In this document: one piece after another, positions 9,709-22,973 of the stretch
How the letters are laid out: every line of letters begins with the position of its first letter
Position numbering within the stretch: position 1 is the stretch's first letter
NCBI GenBank assembly: GCA_000146045.2
Contig: BK006941.2
Span: 704,001 to 768,000, forward strand
Origin: TPA_inf: Saccharomyces
Lineage: Eukaryota
Length of the DNA stretch: 64,000 nt
Direction: 5' to 3'
The notes under the pieces: model-generated
The model's input: the letters and a program-made list of their open reading frames with translations, nothing else
Databases searched by the model: none
Told to the model about the DNA's origin: nothing
Position numbers and translations under genes: made by a program

Positions 9709-11046
9709 ATGTTCAAGTCAACTTTAAACTCCATAATAAGAAGACCCTTGAAAGGTTTTCAACTTCTTAGAGGGGCTGACTCATCGAATACACGGCCACA
9801 GTCCCCTAGAGCCTCCGCAAGAGATGTTACAGAGAAACAGATATTAAGAACTCCGTCAGCACCAACTGCAATACCATTAAGGGAGATTATCTATAGAGTC
9901 CCAAGCTTGTTTCCTCGCCCTTTAGAAGATTCTGTTAAGGACTTCCGAGATTTTATCAAGAACGAGGATGCATTCCAGACTGAACTTTTGAAAACGCTGC
10001 CATTCTACCCCACTCCTTCGGAATCAAAAACAGCAAGACTTATAAGAACTGTTGTTGATGATGAGGGCAATTACATCAATGAATTTTGCATACGCCCTCG
10101 AAAAACCTCAGTGCCTGAGGCTGACTTAAAACATCTGGTTTTCATTCATGGGTATGGCGCCGGATTGGGTTTTTTCATCAAGAATTTTGAGGATATTCCA
10201 CTATTGGATAACGAGTGGTGCATACATGCCATCGATTTGCCTGGGTATGGTTTTTCTTCAAGACCTAAGTTTCCGTTCGAGTATCCGAGAGATAATATTC
10301 ACAGCGTTCAAGATTGGTTTCACGAAAGAATACACACATGGTTTAGTAAAAGAAATCTTTTGAACCGACCTGAGAAAAACATTGTTATGGCACATTCTTT
10401 AGGGTCTTACTTGATGGCTTTATATTTGCAAAAATATAAGGAATCTCCATCTTTTAAAAAGCTGATCCTTTGTTCCCCAGCAGGCGTGTCTTATAGAGAT
10501 TTCAACAATACTGCTTCAGAGGTTGAAAAATGGAAACCGCCTCCTTGGTGGTATGTCAAGCTTTGGGACAGAAATATCTCGCCTTTTACACTAGTAAGAA
10601 ATTTTCGCCAGTTAGGTTCGAAGATTACAAGTGGATGGTCATATCGGCGCTTTAAGCACATTTTGAATGGTGATCCAGAACAGTCAAAACGGTTTGAAGC
10701 CTTGCATAGATACGCATATGCTATTTTCAATAAACGTGGTTCAGGTGAATACTTATTAAGCTTTGCTTTGAAATGTGGTGGTGAACCAAGACTATCATTG
10801 GAGCAGCAGCTATTCGATGGCAAAAAGTCTGATATTTTAAAGAATAGTAATTGTGACTGGCTTTGGCTTTATGGCGATGACGATTGGATGGATGTGAATG
10901 GTGGACTTAGAGTATCAAGATTCTTGAAAGAGAAGTTGAAACAAAAAAGTAACGTCATCATTGTTCCTCATTCAGGGCATCACTTGTACCTGGATAACTA
11001 TAAGTTTTTCAATAATATTCTTACGAAAGAAATGCAAAAAATATAA
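9709..11046 (+). CDS. CLD1: Alpha/beta-hydrolase fold mitochondrial cardiolipin-specific phospholipase, 445 aa
   Basis: ATG-to-stop ORF of 445 aa with a GXSXG lipase motif (AHSLGSY) and a HG..G oxyanion region ([12 protein letters not shown]). Its position matches YGR110W. Confidence 0.85.
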
Positions 11047-11827
11047 TGAAGAAATCTTGTGCATCTACATTATATAACGAAATTTTTACATACATTTTCG
11101 CCGCTATTTTTCTTCTTATCTCAAAATGAAATTACCGTTTGCAATCAACACCGGTCGCTGTTTTATTTTGTTCATAATAATAATTTAGATACAGCATGAA
11201 CTGTATATTAAAGTCAACGATTTCAACAATTCATTTCTGTGTAACTATTTTTCCAATAGAACCACTGTCTTTATGGAGTAGTTGGGCTCTATAAAAATTA
11301 TTTAGTTCCAAAGTTTGTTTATATTTTGTTTCTATAATAATGTATTGAAGATATAAACAAACATAATTTTACTGTTAACATTTAGGCGCAACAAAAGGAC
11401 GATCTTTTTTTATTTATCACAAGTTAAAGATTTTCGATACAAATAATATTGTGGTTTAAGGTACGTCCAACTCTACTTAAATCACTGAATCCTTCAGATA
11501 ACGAAATTACGAATAATATCTACTCTGTTTCTCCTTGTCTTTGTTCTTTCTTGCAGCCAGCCAAGCCCATTCGGGATCAGAGATTCAAATATCCCTGACG
11601 GCTGGTTCTGGATTAAGTTGATTTTGTGGAACTTCTGTCTTCACAATTATATTGTTACCCACTTAATGCTTCTCGGGGGTTAGAAACACTAGCACTTGAA
11701 AGAACATGAAAAATTGAAAAAAAAAAAAAACAATGCACAATAAATTCCAGGGGTTAGCGACTTTATACTTCTTCTGTTAGCTACTGTAGTGTTCTGTACA
11801 CATATTCACTTGTAGAAGTTGATTAGA

Positions 11828-13030
11828 ATGACAGCCTCATCAAATGACGATGACCTAATATTCGAATGTTATAGCGATCCTGAGTTAAAAAGATGGACAC
11901 ACCTTGCTAATGCAAAAGCTTGGAAAGGTATTCTGACCGTGCAGCAGTACGCTGATAGGGAACAATTGCTAGGGTCTTCAGAGATTTCTCAAAAGAATAA
12001 ATCAAATGAAATGATGACAAAATACCCAAAAAGTTACCAGTGGCTTGGGCAGAAGTACTTTGTTTTAAAGGATCGATCTTTGCCAGATAATGGAAAATTT
12101 AGTCAAGTTGTTTCCAGTTGCGAAACTTTAAACAGGATTGGATATTGTATTCATCCGGGTTCTAATGGAAAAATCGAGCCAGCTTTGATTGTATGCATTG
12201 GGGGCGTCTTTACCTTTGAAAACCATCGCGGCAAGGGCTACGCCAAGAAGATGATTATCAAACTGAATGAATTTTATGACAAGATTCGTGATGACGCTAA
12301 CACCGTACTAGAATTGAAAAATTTGGTGATTAACCTTTACAGCGAAGTCGGAGAATATTATTCCGCATTAGGATACGAGAGTATGCATGTTCCCTTGCAC
12401 CGCATTTCTAAATTAGATGAACTTACTGAGAGATACTGTGGAGAAGATGATGACCATGATGGTAAGTACTTGGGATTTGATGATTACAGGGGTTTAGTAG
12501 GACTACATGAGACACAGTTCAAAGAAAGCTTATTAAGTTTACACAAAGAAAACCCAGAGAAGTTTGTTTTTACCGTTGCGCCAGACTTTGACATTTTCAC
12601 ATGGTTTCAGTATCGTGATCTTTTTATCATGAATAAATCAGGAAGAAAAGCCCAGCAAAATCTGTTTTTTGGATACGCGTTGAGTGATAACAGCCACATC
12701 ATATGGCATCACAATTGGAACGGTGATTCTCTGATTATTGTCAAAATCCATATACCTGAAGAAACATTTCAAAGGAAAGAATTGAAGCTCAAAAAATTAC
12801 TAAGGAAGGCCATAGAAGAGACAAAGCTTCATGGATTGCAAGAATTAGAATTTTGGGACGAAGAAATTCCCATCAAAAAGTACCCACAATTGTTTCAGTT
12901 ATTAACAGAGCTTGAAAATGAATCTAAAGTTTTCTCAGAAAACGGTTCCATCAGTGCTGTTCGTCCCCCCAAAGGATATACAGCCGAGCAGGTAATTTGG
13001 GATAACAATACCAAATTCTGTTGGTTTTAA
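11828..13030 (+). CDS. YGR111W: Uncharacterised protein, 400 aa from the first ATG; the ORF track begins 3 codons upstream at TTG
   Basis: Long ORF with no obvious domain visible by eye. The first in-frame ATG is at 11828. Its position between CLD1 and SHY1 fits YGR111W. Confidence 0.75.
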   Translation: MTASSNDDDLIFECYSDPELKRWTHLANAKAWKGILTVQQYADREQLLGSSEISQKNKSNEMMTKYPKSYQWLGQKYFVLKDRSLPDNGKFSQVVSSCETLNRIGYCIHPGSNGKIEPALIVCIGGVFTFENHRGKGYAKKMIIKLNEFYDKIRDDANTVLELKNLVINLYSEVGEYYSALGYESMHVPLHRISKLDELTERYCGEDDDHDGKYLGFDDYRGLVGLHETQFKESLLSLHKENPEKFVFTVAPDFDIFTWFQYRDLFIMNKSGRKAQQNLFFGYALSDNSHIIWHHNWNGDSLIIVKIHIPEETFQRKELKLKKLLRKAIEETKLHGLQELEFWDEEIPIKKYPQLFQLLTELENESKVFSENGSISAVRPPKGYTAEQVIWDNNTKFCWF

Positions 13031-13357
13031 GTCAAATATTGTGTTGCTTATACAGGAAAAGTCAAGGTTTCAAACTACATATCATTATTTACTGTTAAAA
13101 TTCACATATACTAATACATACGGTAATAGATTGAACCTCTTCTGTGCTCTTCTCTAAAAGTACTTCTGAACGTATGTGTCATTTTTCCTTTCAGTTTTCT
13201 TTGTAGCTCGCATTGATGTAGCCGAGTATATTTAAGGGATTCTTATGCAATGATGAAATATTTTTCACCTATAACGCCGACTACTGAAAACAGAGGGCCA
13301 TCTTAACCGTTTTGCATTCAGTAACCCATACTCAGGATTTAATAAAAGAGGAAAGCA

Positions 13358-14527
13358 ATGTCTCTACTAGGCGCCAGGTCCACTTACCGTTGGTTTTCAA
13401 TCGCTGCATCAATTCCGACTAAGAATGCTATTGGCAAATCCACGTACCTCTTAGCTTCAAGAAATCAACAGTACCGAGGCATCATAACGTCAACTGTAGA
13501 CTGGAAACCAATCAAGACAGGTAAGAGCCCAAATGATGATTCTCGAAGAGAAAGATCCTTTGGCAAGAAAATTGTTCTGGGTCTGATGTTCGCGATGCCA
13601 ATAATATCCTTCTATTTGGGAACTTGGCAAGTAAGGAGATTGAAGTGGAAAACCAAGCTGATTGCGGCATGCGAAACTAAACTTACTTATGAACCAATAC
13701 CACTTCCTAAGTCATTTACACCTGACATGTGCGAGGATTGGGAATACCGTAAAGTTATACTTACCGGACACTTCCTTCACAATGAAGAGATGTTTGTTGG
13801 TCCAAGAAAGAAAAATGGAGAAAAGGGTTATTTTCTGTTTACACCGTTCATTAGAGATGACACCGGTGAGAAAGTTCTGATAGAAAGAGGGTGGATAAGT
13901 GAAGAAAAAGTTGCTCCTGACTCAAGAAATTTACACCATTTGTCGTTGCCTCAAGAAGAACACTTGAAAGTGGTTTGCTTAGTAAGACCTCCAAAGAAAA
14001 GAGGCTCGCTACAATGGGCGAAAAAGGATCCAAATTCTAGATTGTGGCAGGTGCCAGACATATATGACATGGCAAGATCATCAGGGTGCACGCCCATTCA
14101 ATTTCAAGCCTTGTATGACATGAAGGACCATCCAATAATCGAGGAACACACAAGAAACGAGGCTTCACAAAACAATTCCACCTCTAGCCTGTGGAAGTTC
14201 TGGAAACGAGAACCTACGACTGCTGTAAACGGAACGCAAGCTGTTGATAATAATACATCGAAGCCTCGTTCTAGGCAGGAAATGCCGACAGACCAAACAA
14301 TTGAATTCGATGAACGACAGTTTATCAAAGCAGGTGTTCCCATAGGCCGGAAGCCCACTATTGATTTAAAGAATAACCATCTACAATATTTGGTAACGTG
14401 GTATGGCCTTTCGTTTTTGAGCACAATCTTCCTCATTGTGGCTCTTAGGAAGGCGAAAAGAGGGGGCGTTGTGTCCCAAGACCAACTAATGAAAGAGAAA
14501 CTGAAGCATTCAAGGAAATATATGTAA
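13358..14527 (+). CDS. SHY1: SURF1-family cytochrome c oxidase assembly factor, 389 aa, with two predicted transmembrane segments
   Basis: ATG-to-stop ORF of 389 aa with N- and C-terminal hydrophobic segments (IVLGLMFAMPIISFYLG and YLVTWYGLSFLSTIFLIVAL) typical of SURF1/Shy1. Confidence 0.85.
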   Translation: MSLLGARSTYRWFSIAASIPTKNAIGKSTYLLASRNQQYRGIITSTVDWKPIKTGKSPNDDSRRERSFGKKIVLGLMFAMPIISFYLGTWQVRRLKWKTKLIAACETKLTYEPIPLPKSFTPDMCEDWEYRKVILTGHFLHNEEMFVGPRKKNGEKGYFLFTPFIRDDTGEKVLIERGWISEEKVAPDSRNLHHLSLPQEEHLKVVCLVRPPKKRGSLQWAKKDPNSRLWQVPDIYDMARSSGCTPIQFQALYDMKDHPIIEEHTRNEASQNNSTSSLWKFWKREPTTAVNGTQAVDNNTSKPRSRQEMPTDQTIEFDERQFIKAGVPIGRKPTIDLKNNHLQYLVTWYGLSFLSTIFLIVALRKAKRGGVVSQDQLMKEKLKHSRKYM

Positions 14528-14892
14528 ACGGCAAACTCCTCTGCCCATACTATCGAACTCTATCCAAGAAGCGCGTAATTTCACGAGCACTGCCTAAACG
14601 GTTTTCCACATTAGTTTTGCAACTACAATGATTCGGATATGGCACATTTACATAATTTAAACTTGTACATAACTAACACCTTTTTATCCATATACCTTAT
14701 GTGCCGCTCAAGATATGAACATTGCGCGTTGCCCGGACAATATCGATAAATAATAGCCAAAACAAACATGTTTTATCGACGCATGAATCCTTTGGCGTTA
14801 AACTTGTCCAATTGCACTGAAACTTGGAGCGTATAAGCTCAGCAATTGCACCAAAACAATATCAGAAAAGGCTTGTATTGCCACTTTCACCT

Positions 14893-15924
14893 ATGAGCGA
14901 AGATAAAGCTAAATTAGGGACCACAAGGTCTGCCACGGAATATCGTTTATCCATTGGTAGCGCTCCGACTTCAAGAAGGTCGTCTATGGGTGAATCCTCA
15001 TCCCTGATGAAATTTGCTGATCAAGAGGGATTAACGAGTTCCGTTGGCGAATATAACGAGAATACCATACAACAGCTTCTGTTGCCTAAAATAAGAGAAC
15101 TGAGCGATTCAATCATTACTTTAGATTCCAATTTCACGCGCTTAAATTTTATCCACGAGAGTTTAGCTGATCTTAATGAATCCCTAGGTTCGTTGTTGTA
15201 CGGTATTATGAGCAATTCATGGTGCGTAGAATTCTCACAGGCGCCTCATGATATTCAAGACGATTTGATCGCTATTAAACAATTGAAATCGTTGGAAGAT
15301 GAGAAAAATAACTTAGTAATGGAACTCTCCAATATGGAACGCGGGATTAAAAGAAAAAAAGACGAACAAGGTGAAAATGATTTGGCCAAGGCATCTCAGA
15401 ACAAACAGTTTAACCAGCCGCTATTTCCCTCCTCACAAGTAAGAAAATACAGGTCATATGACAACAGAGACAAGAGGAAGCCCTCCAAGATAGGCAACAA
15501 CTTACAAGTAGAGAATGAGGAGGACTATGAAGACGATACTAGTAGTGAAGCTTCTTTTGTTCTAAATCCAACAAATATCGGTATGTCCAAATCATCTCAA
15601 GGTCACGTGACTAAAACCACGCGTTTGAATAATAATACCAACAGTAAACTGAGAAGAAAGTCCATCTTACATACAATCAGAAATAGCATTGCTTCCGGCG
15701 CTGATTTACCCATCGAAAACGACAATGTTGTTAATTTGGGAGATCTGCATCCAAATAATCGAATATCACTCGGAAGTGGTGCTGCAAGAGTGGTCAATGG
15801 GCCCGTTACGAAGAACAGAAATTCAATGTTCTCAGGACGTGCTGAAAGGAAACCCACAGAAAGCAGACATTCTGTTGCAAAGAAAACTGAAAAAAAAATA
15901 AATACAAGGCCCCCCTTCAGATGA
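14893..15924 (+). CDS. DAM1: DASH/Dam1 outer-kinetochore complex subunit, 343 aa from the first ATG
   Basis: The ORF-track start at 14824 is TTG. The first ATG, at 14893, begins MSEDKAKLGTTRSATEYRLSIGS.., which matches Dam1. Confidence 0.85.
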   Translation: MSEDKAKLGTTRSATEYRLSIGSAPTSRRSSMGESSSLMKFADQEGLTSSVGEYNENTIQQLLLPKIRELSDSIITLDSNFTRLNFIHESLADLNESLGSLLYGIMSNSWCVEFSQAPHDIQDDLIAIKQLKSLEDEKNNLVMELSNMERGIKRKKDEQGENDLAKASQNKQFNQPLFPSSQVRKYRSYDNRDKRKPSKIGNNLQVENEEDYEDDTSSEASFVLNPTNIGMSKSSQGHVTKTTRLNNNTNSKLRRKSILHTIRNSIASGADLPIENDNVVNLGDLHPNNRISLGSGAARVVNGPVTKNRNSMFSGRAERKPTESRHSVAKKTEKKINTRPPFR

Positions 15925-16408
15925 CTACGCCCAACCCAACCAAAGAATTATCCTCCTCACAAAATATATCGCTAGCATGCGTGAGTTATGGATAAGAAGA
16001 ATATTTGATGAGCTGACTGATTCTTTATAGCAATAGGGAGGAAGGCAGTACACATATCAGCAGTGCATGGGCACAACCCGCATTACAACGAAACATGATA
16101 TATCTATATAAAAGAAGATACGGACAGGCGGTCGAGGCTATTACTGTGCCACTATGCGAGTCATGAATGATTTTTAAATTAGTTAGTACCCCTTTATATA
16201 ACGTCTTCAATAAAAGTGCGGGAAAATTCGGGTAATATTTTCTATAACTGTCATTTTTTTTTCGTTATGTATGGCAAACCAAATTGACAAGAAACTGGAC
16301 AACGGTTAAAGCAAAAGGAGGAAGAAAGATATTGATTTGTGCTTTGAAGAATAACCCAAGCGAACAGGTCATTAATTGCCTAGAATCTTTACATAGAATT
16401 TGCCTTTT

Positions 16409-19400
16409 ATGGAAGAGACGGGAGATTCGAAGCTGGTCCCTAGGGACGAGGAAGAAATAGTAAATGACAACGATGAAACTAAAGCGCCTAGTGAGGAAGA
16501 AGAAGGAGAAGATGTCTTTGACTCCTCTGAGGAAGACGAAGATATTGATGAAGACGAAGATGAGGCAAGAAAAGTGCAAGAAGGCTTCATTGTCAACGAT
16601 GATGATGAAAATGAAGACCCAGGAACAAGTATTTCCAAAAAAAGAAGAAAACATAAAAGAAGAGAAAGAGAAGAAGATGATCGACTATCCGAAGATGATT
16701 TGGATTTGTTAATGGAGAATGCTGGTGTTGAACGTACCAAAGCGAGCTCCTCTTCAGGAAAATTTAAAAGATTAAAGAGAGTAGGAGATGAAGGAAACGC
16801 TGCAGAATCAGAAAGTGACAACGTCGCTGCATCAAGGCAAGATTCTACGTCTAAATTGGAAGATTTCTTTTCTGAAGATGAAGAAGAAGAAGAATCTGGT
16901 TTACGCAACGGTAGGAACAATGAATATGGGCGTGATGAAGAAGACCATGAAAATAGGAACAGAACAGCTGACAAAGGTGGAATCTTGGACGAATTGGATG
17001 ATTTCATTGAAGATGATGAATTTTCTGATGAGGACGACGAAACCAGACAAAGGAGGATCCAAGAAAAGAAGCTTTTAAGAGAACAATCCATCAAACAACC
17101 TACACAGATTACTGGTCTATCGTCGGATAAGATTGACGAGATGTATGACATTTTTGGTGATGGTCATGACTACGATTGGGCTTTAGAAATTGAAAATGAA
17201 GAACTAGAAAATGGTAACGACAACAATGAAGCTGAAGAAGAAGAGATCGATGAAGAAACTGGTGCTATAAAAAGCACCAAGAAAAAGATATCTCTACAAG
17301 ACATTTATGATTTAGAGGATTTGAAAAAAAACTTGATGACTGAAGGAGACATGAAAATTAGAAAGACAGATATTCCAGAAAGATATCAAGAATTAAGAGC
17401 AGGTATTACTGACTACGGAAATATGTCATCGGAGGATCAAGAATTAGAAAGAAACTGGATAGCAGAAAAAATTTCTGTGGATAAGAACTTCGATGCCAAT
17501 TATGATCTCACTGAATTTAAAGAAGCAATTGGGAACGCAATCAAATTTATCACCAAAGAAAACTTGGAAGTCCCTTTTATATATGCTTACCGTCGTAACT
17601 ATATTTCCTCAAGAGAAAAAGATGGGTTTCTTTTGACTGAAGATGACCTTTGGGATATAGTTAGCCTTGACATCGAATTTCACAGTCTTGTGAACAAAAA
17701 GGATTATGTCCAGAGATTTTATGCAGAATTACATATCGATGATCCTATTGTCACTGAATACTTCAAAAATCAGAATACTGCATCTATTGCGGAACTGAAT
17801 TCTCTACAGGATATTTATGACTACCTAGAATTCAAATATGCCAACGAAATCAATGAAATGTTTATAAACCACACTGGAAAGACTGGTAAGAAACATTTGA
17901 AAAATTCCAGTTATGAAAAATTTAAAGCTAGTCCTCTTTATCAAGCGGTTAGTGATATTGGTATATCAGCTGAGGATGTTGGTGAAAATATCAGTTCCCA
18001 GCATCAAATCCACCCTCCCGTAGATCATCCAAGTTCCAAACCAGTAGAAGTGATAGAATCTATATTGAATGCAAACAGCGGTGATTTGCAAGTCTTTACG
18101 TCCAATACTAAGCTGGCAATTGATACGGTCCAAAAATACTACTCTTTGGAATTGTCTAAAAATACAAAAATAAGGGAAAAAGTTAGATCCGATTTTTCCA
18201 AATATTATCTGGCTGACGTTGTGTTAACTGCTAAAGGTAAAAAAGAAATTCAAAAGGGATCTCTGTATGAGGACATAAAATATGCCATCAATAGAACTCC
18301 AATGCACTTCCGTAGGGATCCAGACGTTTTTTTGAAAATGGTCGAGGCTGAGTCTTTGAACCTGCTCAGTGTTAAGTTACACATGTCGTCACAAGCCCAA
18401 TATATAGAGCATTTATTCCAAATTGCACTTGAAACTACCAATACCTCGGACATCGCAATAGAATGGAATAACTTCCGTAAACTGGCATTCAACCAAGCGA
18501 TGGACAAGATTTTCCAGGATATATCTCAAGAAGTCAAAGACAATTTAACAAAAAATTGTCAAAAATTGGTAGCCAAGACTGTTCGCCATAAGTTTATGAC
18601 AAAATTAGACCAGGCTCCATTCATTCCTAATGTCAGGGATCCAAAAATTCCAAAAATCTTATCTTTAACCTGTGGACAGGGTAGATTCGGAGCCGACGCT
18701 ATAATTGCTGTCTACGTCAACAGAAAGGGTGATTTTATAAGAGATTACAAGATTGTCGACAATCCATTTGATAAGACGAATCCTGAAAAATTTGAAGACA
18801 CCTTGGATAATATCATTCAAAGCTGTCAACCGAATGCCATCGGAATCAATGGCCCTAACCCAAAGACTCAAAAATTTTACAAAAGATTACAAGAAGTTCT
18901 ACATAAGAAGCAAATCGTCGACAGTAGAGGACATACTATTCCAATCATTTACGTTGAGGACGAAGTCGCTATCCGTTATCAGAATTCCGAAAGAGCTGCT
19001 CAAGAATTCCCTAATAAACCTCCTCTAGTTAAATACTGTATCGCCTTGGCGCGCTATATGCATTCCCCATTGTTGGAATATGCTAATTTAACAAGTGAAG
19101 AAGTGAGATCATTGTCAATTCATCCACACCAAAATCTGTTATCCTCAGAACAATTGAGTTGGGCTCTTGAAACCGCTTTCGTTGATATTGTCAACCTGGT
19201 AAGTGTTGAAGTTAACAAAGCCACAGATAATAATTACTACGCTAGTGCGCTGAAATACATCTCTGGCTTTGGAAAACGTAAAGCTATTGATTTCTTACAG
19301 TCCCTTCAAAGGCTAAATGAACCATTACTGGCTCGTCAACAATTAATTACTCATAACATTCTTCACAAGACTATTTTTATGAATTCCGCGGGATTCCTCT

Positions 19401-20764
19401 ATATCTCATGGAATGAAAAAAGACAAAAATACGAAGATTTGGAACATGATCAACTAGATAGCACTAGAATTCATCCAGAAGACTACCATTTGGCCACCAA
19501 GGTTGCCGCTGATGCTTTAGAATACGATCCTGATACTATTGCCGAAAAAGAAGAACAGGGGACTATGAGTGAATTCATTGAACTGTTGAGAGAAGATCCT
19601 GACCGTAGAGCTAAACTAGAATCACTAAATCTAGAATCATACGCAGAAGAACTTGAGAAGAATACCGGATTAAGAAAACTTAATAATCTAAATACAATTG
19701 TCCTTGAATTGTTGGATGGATTTGAAGAATTGAGAAATGACTTTCATCCTTTGCAAGGTGATGAAATTTTCCAAAGTTTGACTGGTGAGTCTGAAAAGAC
19801 GTTTTTCAAGGGTAGTATTATTCCAGTCAGAGTAGAAAGATTCTGGCACAACGATATAATTTGCACTACAAACTCTGAAGTTGAATGTGTAGTAAATGCT
19901 CAACGTCACGCAGGTGCACAATTAAGAAGACCTGCAAATGAAATATACGAAATTGGTAAAACATATCCAGCAAAGGTGATATATATTGACTATGCTAATA
20001 TTACTGCAGAAGTTTCCTTATTAGATCATGATGTCAAACAGCAATATGTTCCAATAAGCTACAGTAAAGATCCTTCCATTTGGGACTTGAAACAAGAACT
20101 GGAAGATGCCGAAGAGGAGAGGAAATTGATGATGGCAGAAGCCCGTGCAAAGAGAACACATCGTGTTATCAATCATCCTTACTATTTCCCTTTCAACGGC
20201 AGACAGGCTGAGGATTACTTAAGGAGTAAAGAACGTGGTGAATTCGTGATCAGACAGTCTAGCCGAGGTGATGACCACTTGGTTATCACCTGGAAATTGG
20301 ATAAGGATTTGTTTCAACATATTGATATCCAAGAATTAGAAAAAGAAAATCCTTTGGCTTTAGGTAAAGTCTTGATTGTCGACAATCAGAAATACAATGA
20401 TTTAGACCAGATCATTGTAGAATATCTTCAAAACAAGGTAAGGCTCTTGAATGAAATGACATCTAGTGAAAAATTCAAAAGCGGTACTAAGAAAGATGTG
20501 GTCAAGTTTATTGAAGACTACTCTAGAGTGAATCCAAATAAGTCTGTGTACTATTTCAGTTTGAACCACGATAACCCTGGTTGGTTTTACTTGATGTTCA
20601 AGATTAACGCAAATAGCAAATTATACACATGGAATGTGAAATTAACGAACACTGGTTATTTCCTGGTAAACTACAATTATCCAAGTGTTATCCAGCTTTG
20701 TAATGGTTTTAAGACGCTTCTAAAATCTAACAGTAGTAAGAATAGAATGAACAACTACCGTTAG
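16409..20764 (+). CDS. SPT6: Transcription elongation factor and histone chaperone, 1451 aa, with a very acidic N-terminus and a C-terminal SH2-like region
   Basis: The ORF track starts at a TTG three codons upstream. The ATG at 16409 gives [16 protein letters not shown]... The N-terminal ~300 residues are D/E-rich and the protein is large and conserved. Confidence 0.9.
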
Positions 20765-21048
20765 ATGCGTATGTAGTGTCCATTGTTATTATTAATTTTA
20801 TTATTACTTTGACCATTGTTTAGGTAAGGTATGTAAACTAGAACGCTTCAACTGTATTTTTTACGTAATTATTTGCTGCATGTTTAGTTTCGCAAAGTTT
20901 GTACCGTGACGAACATAGCACGAACACAACATTTAATAGAAATAGCTTGGGAACCAAAATTTTAGAAATTTTTTTCACTAATGAGAAGGAAAGCGTTGCA
21001 AAGTGGCGACTATTTTGGTTCTTCAAATATTTGCAGGAAATAAATAAT

Positions 21049-22479
21049 TTACTGTGCATTTCTGATTACATTTAGGATGTAAATTGACTTAGTAGACGTT
21101 CCAGCGACCATTCTCATTTGGTCCTTACTGATATCCATACACTTTATCCTGTCGTGCAAGGAGTTTGCCTCACCAGGAATATTTAAAATTCTCGAATCAC
21201 CAGTCATCAAATCAACACTGTAAATACCTTCATCATTTCCTACCAATACACCATTAGAAGATTCTAATTTGCCGAGAATTGGTAATGAGAAATCATCTTG
21301 ATATATTTCTGTCGCAAAATTTCGTAAGATTTTATCGTAGTAAGTCTGAACTTTATCCAATTTCATTGCCTTTGGATGGCCTGTATTCATAGGTATTTCT
21401 ACTAAAATCAATCTCATGTATGGTTTATGTGACGTGGCTACAACTAGCATGGTACTGGGTGATAATCCTATCGTATCCTTAGTATTGGAATGAACATAAT
21501 CTACTGCCATTACGTCTCGAATGTTGAAAGCGTACGTGCTAAATTCCGCATTGTTTAAGGCAATATTGTATGAATGGACAAGATTTTTGGCATCTATAAT
21601 TGAGTAACATGCTATATGAGTGTATTCTGCTCTGGTAAGAAACACAGAGAAACTATTCTGACCATTGCCGTCACCGTTGGCGATTACATTCAACGACGTA
21701 CAATTGGAAGCCAACTTTATTTCGGAGAGTTTTGTGAGGAAAGTGTTCCCGTTTTTTATCTCCAACAAACTCAATCGCAGGAAGTTATCCATTCCACTAG
21801 TAATAACAAACCAAGATGATTCCGTAACATTGCAGATCTTTATATGCGTAATCATTCTGGCATGAATTTTCCATACTGCGTTGTTCACCAGTTCAAAATC
21901 GTTATTTAGCAAGTAAAAACTTCCGTTCATTGGACATACATATTGGTAACCGGAGCTACCAATGGGTCCGTACAGCTTGACGATGCTCTTGACTTTTTCA
22001 TTAATTTTAAATGACTTCGACGTCGCTTTCTCAATGTCGTAGATTACTAGGTATCCAGTAGCTGACGAAAGTAATATATATTTGCTATCTTCTGTAAAAG
22101 TTGCGCTAATGAACAAGGTATCTTTGGGTAAGGATTTGTTCAATTTTACATCAATACTAAATTTCAAACTATGGTTCCAAGGTTGAATTCCATACTTAGC
22201 ATTGTCAATTGGGGCTAAATCATCGTTTATTGAAAGAGTTTTAAACCTATCTTTGAAAGACCGTCTTTTGTAGTAAATCCTATCTTCAACGACACTCTGC
22301 AAGTCTTCTAGCGGTATCTCACCGACATTACTATTTGAACTATCGGACTTTTCTAAGGCAGAAAGAGGTAACGCTGTCTCCCTTATGAATGCAGCTAATG
22401 TATCTTCCAGACCGTTATGTTTGAGATAATTAGCTATCAATAGATTAGTATAAAATCTGGAAGTAGAATTGTCAGCCAT
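21049..22479 (-). CDS. YGR117C: Uncharacterised protein, 476 aa
   Basis: Complete ATG-to-stop ORF, MADNSTSRFYTNLLIANYLKHNGLED.. with a LisH-like N-terminus. It lies between SPT6 and RPS23A. Confidence 0.8.
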   Translation of the reverse strand: MADNSTSRFYTNLLIANYLKHNGLEDTLAAFIRETALPLSALEKSDSSNSNVGEIPLEDLQSVVEDRIYYKRRSFKDRFKTLSINDDLAPIDNAKYGIQPWNHSLKFSIDVKLNKSLPKDTLFISATFTEDSKYILLSSATGYLVIYDIEKATSKSFKINEKVKSIVKLYGPIGSSGYQYVCPMNGSFYLLNNDFELVNNAVWKIHARMITHIKICNVTESSWFVITSGMDNFLRLSLLEIKNGNTFLTKLSEIKLASNCTSLNVIANGDGNGQNSFSVFLTRAEYTHIACYSIIDAKNLVHSYNIALNNAEFSTYAFNIRDVMAVDYVHSNTKDTIGLSPSTMLVVATSHKPYMRLILVEIPMNTGHPKAMKLDKVQTYYDKILRNFATEIYQDDFSLPILGKLESSNGVLVGNDEGIYSVDLMTGDSRILNIPGEANSLHDRIKCMDISKDQMRMVAGTSTKSIYILNVIRNAQ

Positions 22480-22586
22480 GTCGGTCGCACTAGACTTTTC
22501 TTCTCACTGTCACTTACCTGTTTGAAATCATGTCCTTTTTTTTTTTGCCATTCTTATACATTTTCTTTCCTTCTGAAATTAACTGT

Positions 22587-22616
22587 ACACCCATACCCTA
22601 TATACACCCATACCCT
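22587..22616 (+). promoter_or_regulatory. Two tandem Rap1-binding sites (ACACCCATACCCT, twice) in the divergent YGR117C/RPS23A promoter
   Basis: ACACCCATACCCT at 22587-22599 and again at 22604-22616. This is the classic ribosomal-protein gene UAS (ACACCCRYACAYM), about 360-390 bp upstream of the RPS23A ATG. Confidence 0.65.
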
Positions 22617-22973
22617 ATTTTTAAATATAAAAAGTAAACTTCATTTTGAAAGACCACTCTGCATCAGCACGCGGGCTCTGGAAGGAAGAAATGACGTTTC
22701 GGCGGAATACCCTTTCAGAAGGTCTGCTCTTGTGGCTGGTTCATGGGAGACACCCAGCGGAGCTCCTCCCGAGAAAGGCCCCTTCATCTCTGCCGATTGC
22801 TGACGGAAAGCAGTAGCGGAGGTTTGAGTTCTCTACGCCGAGAGTACACTGCCGTAATATCACAATGTTTCGACTAACGGTTACAGTACGTTAAATTAGA
22901 TACTGCCTATGAATTGACATATTAGATAATGTCAAATTTTACAAAAACCTAAGACAACAGGAAATAAACAAAG

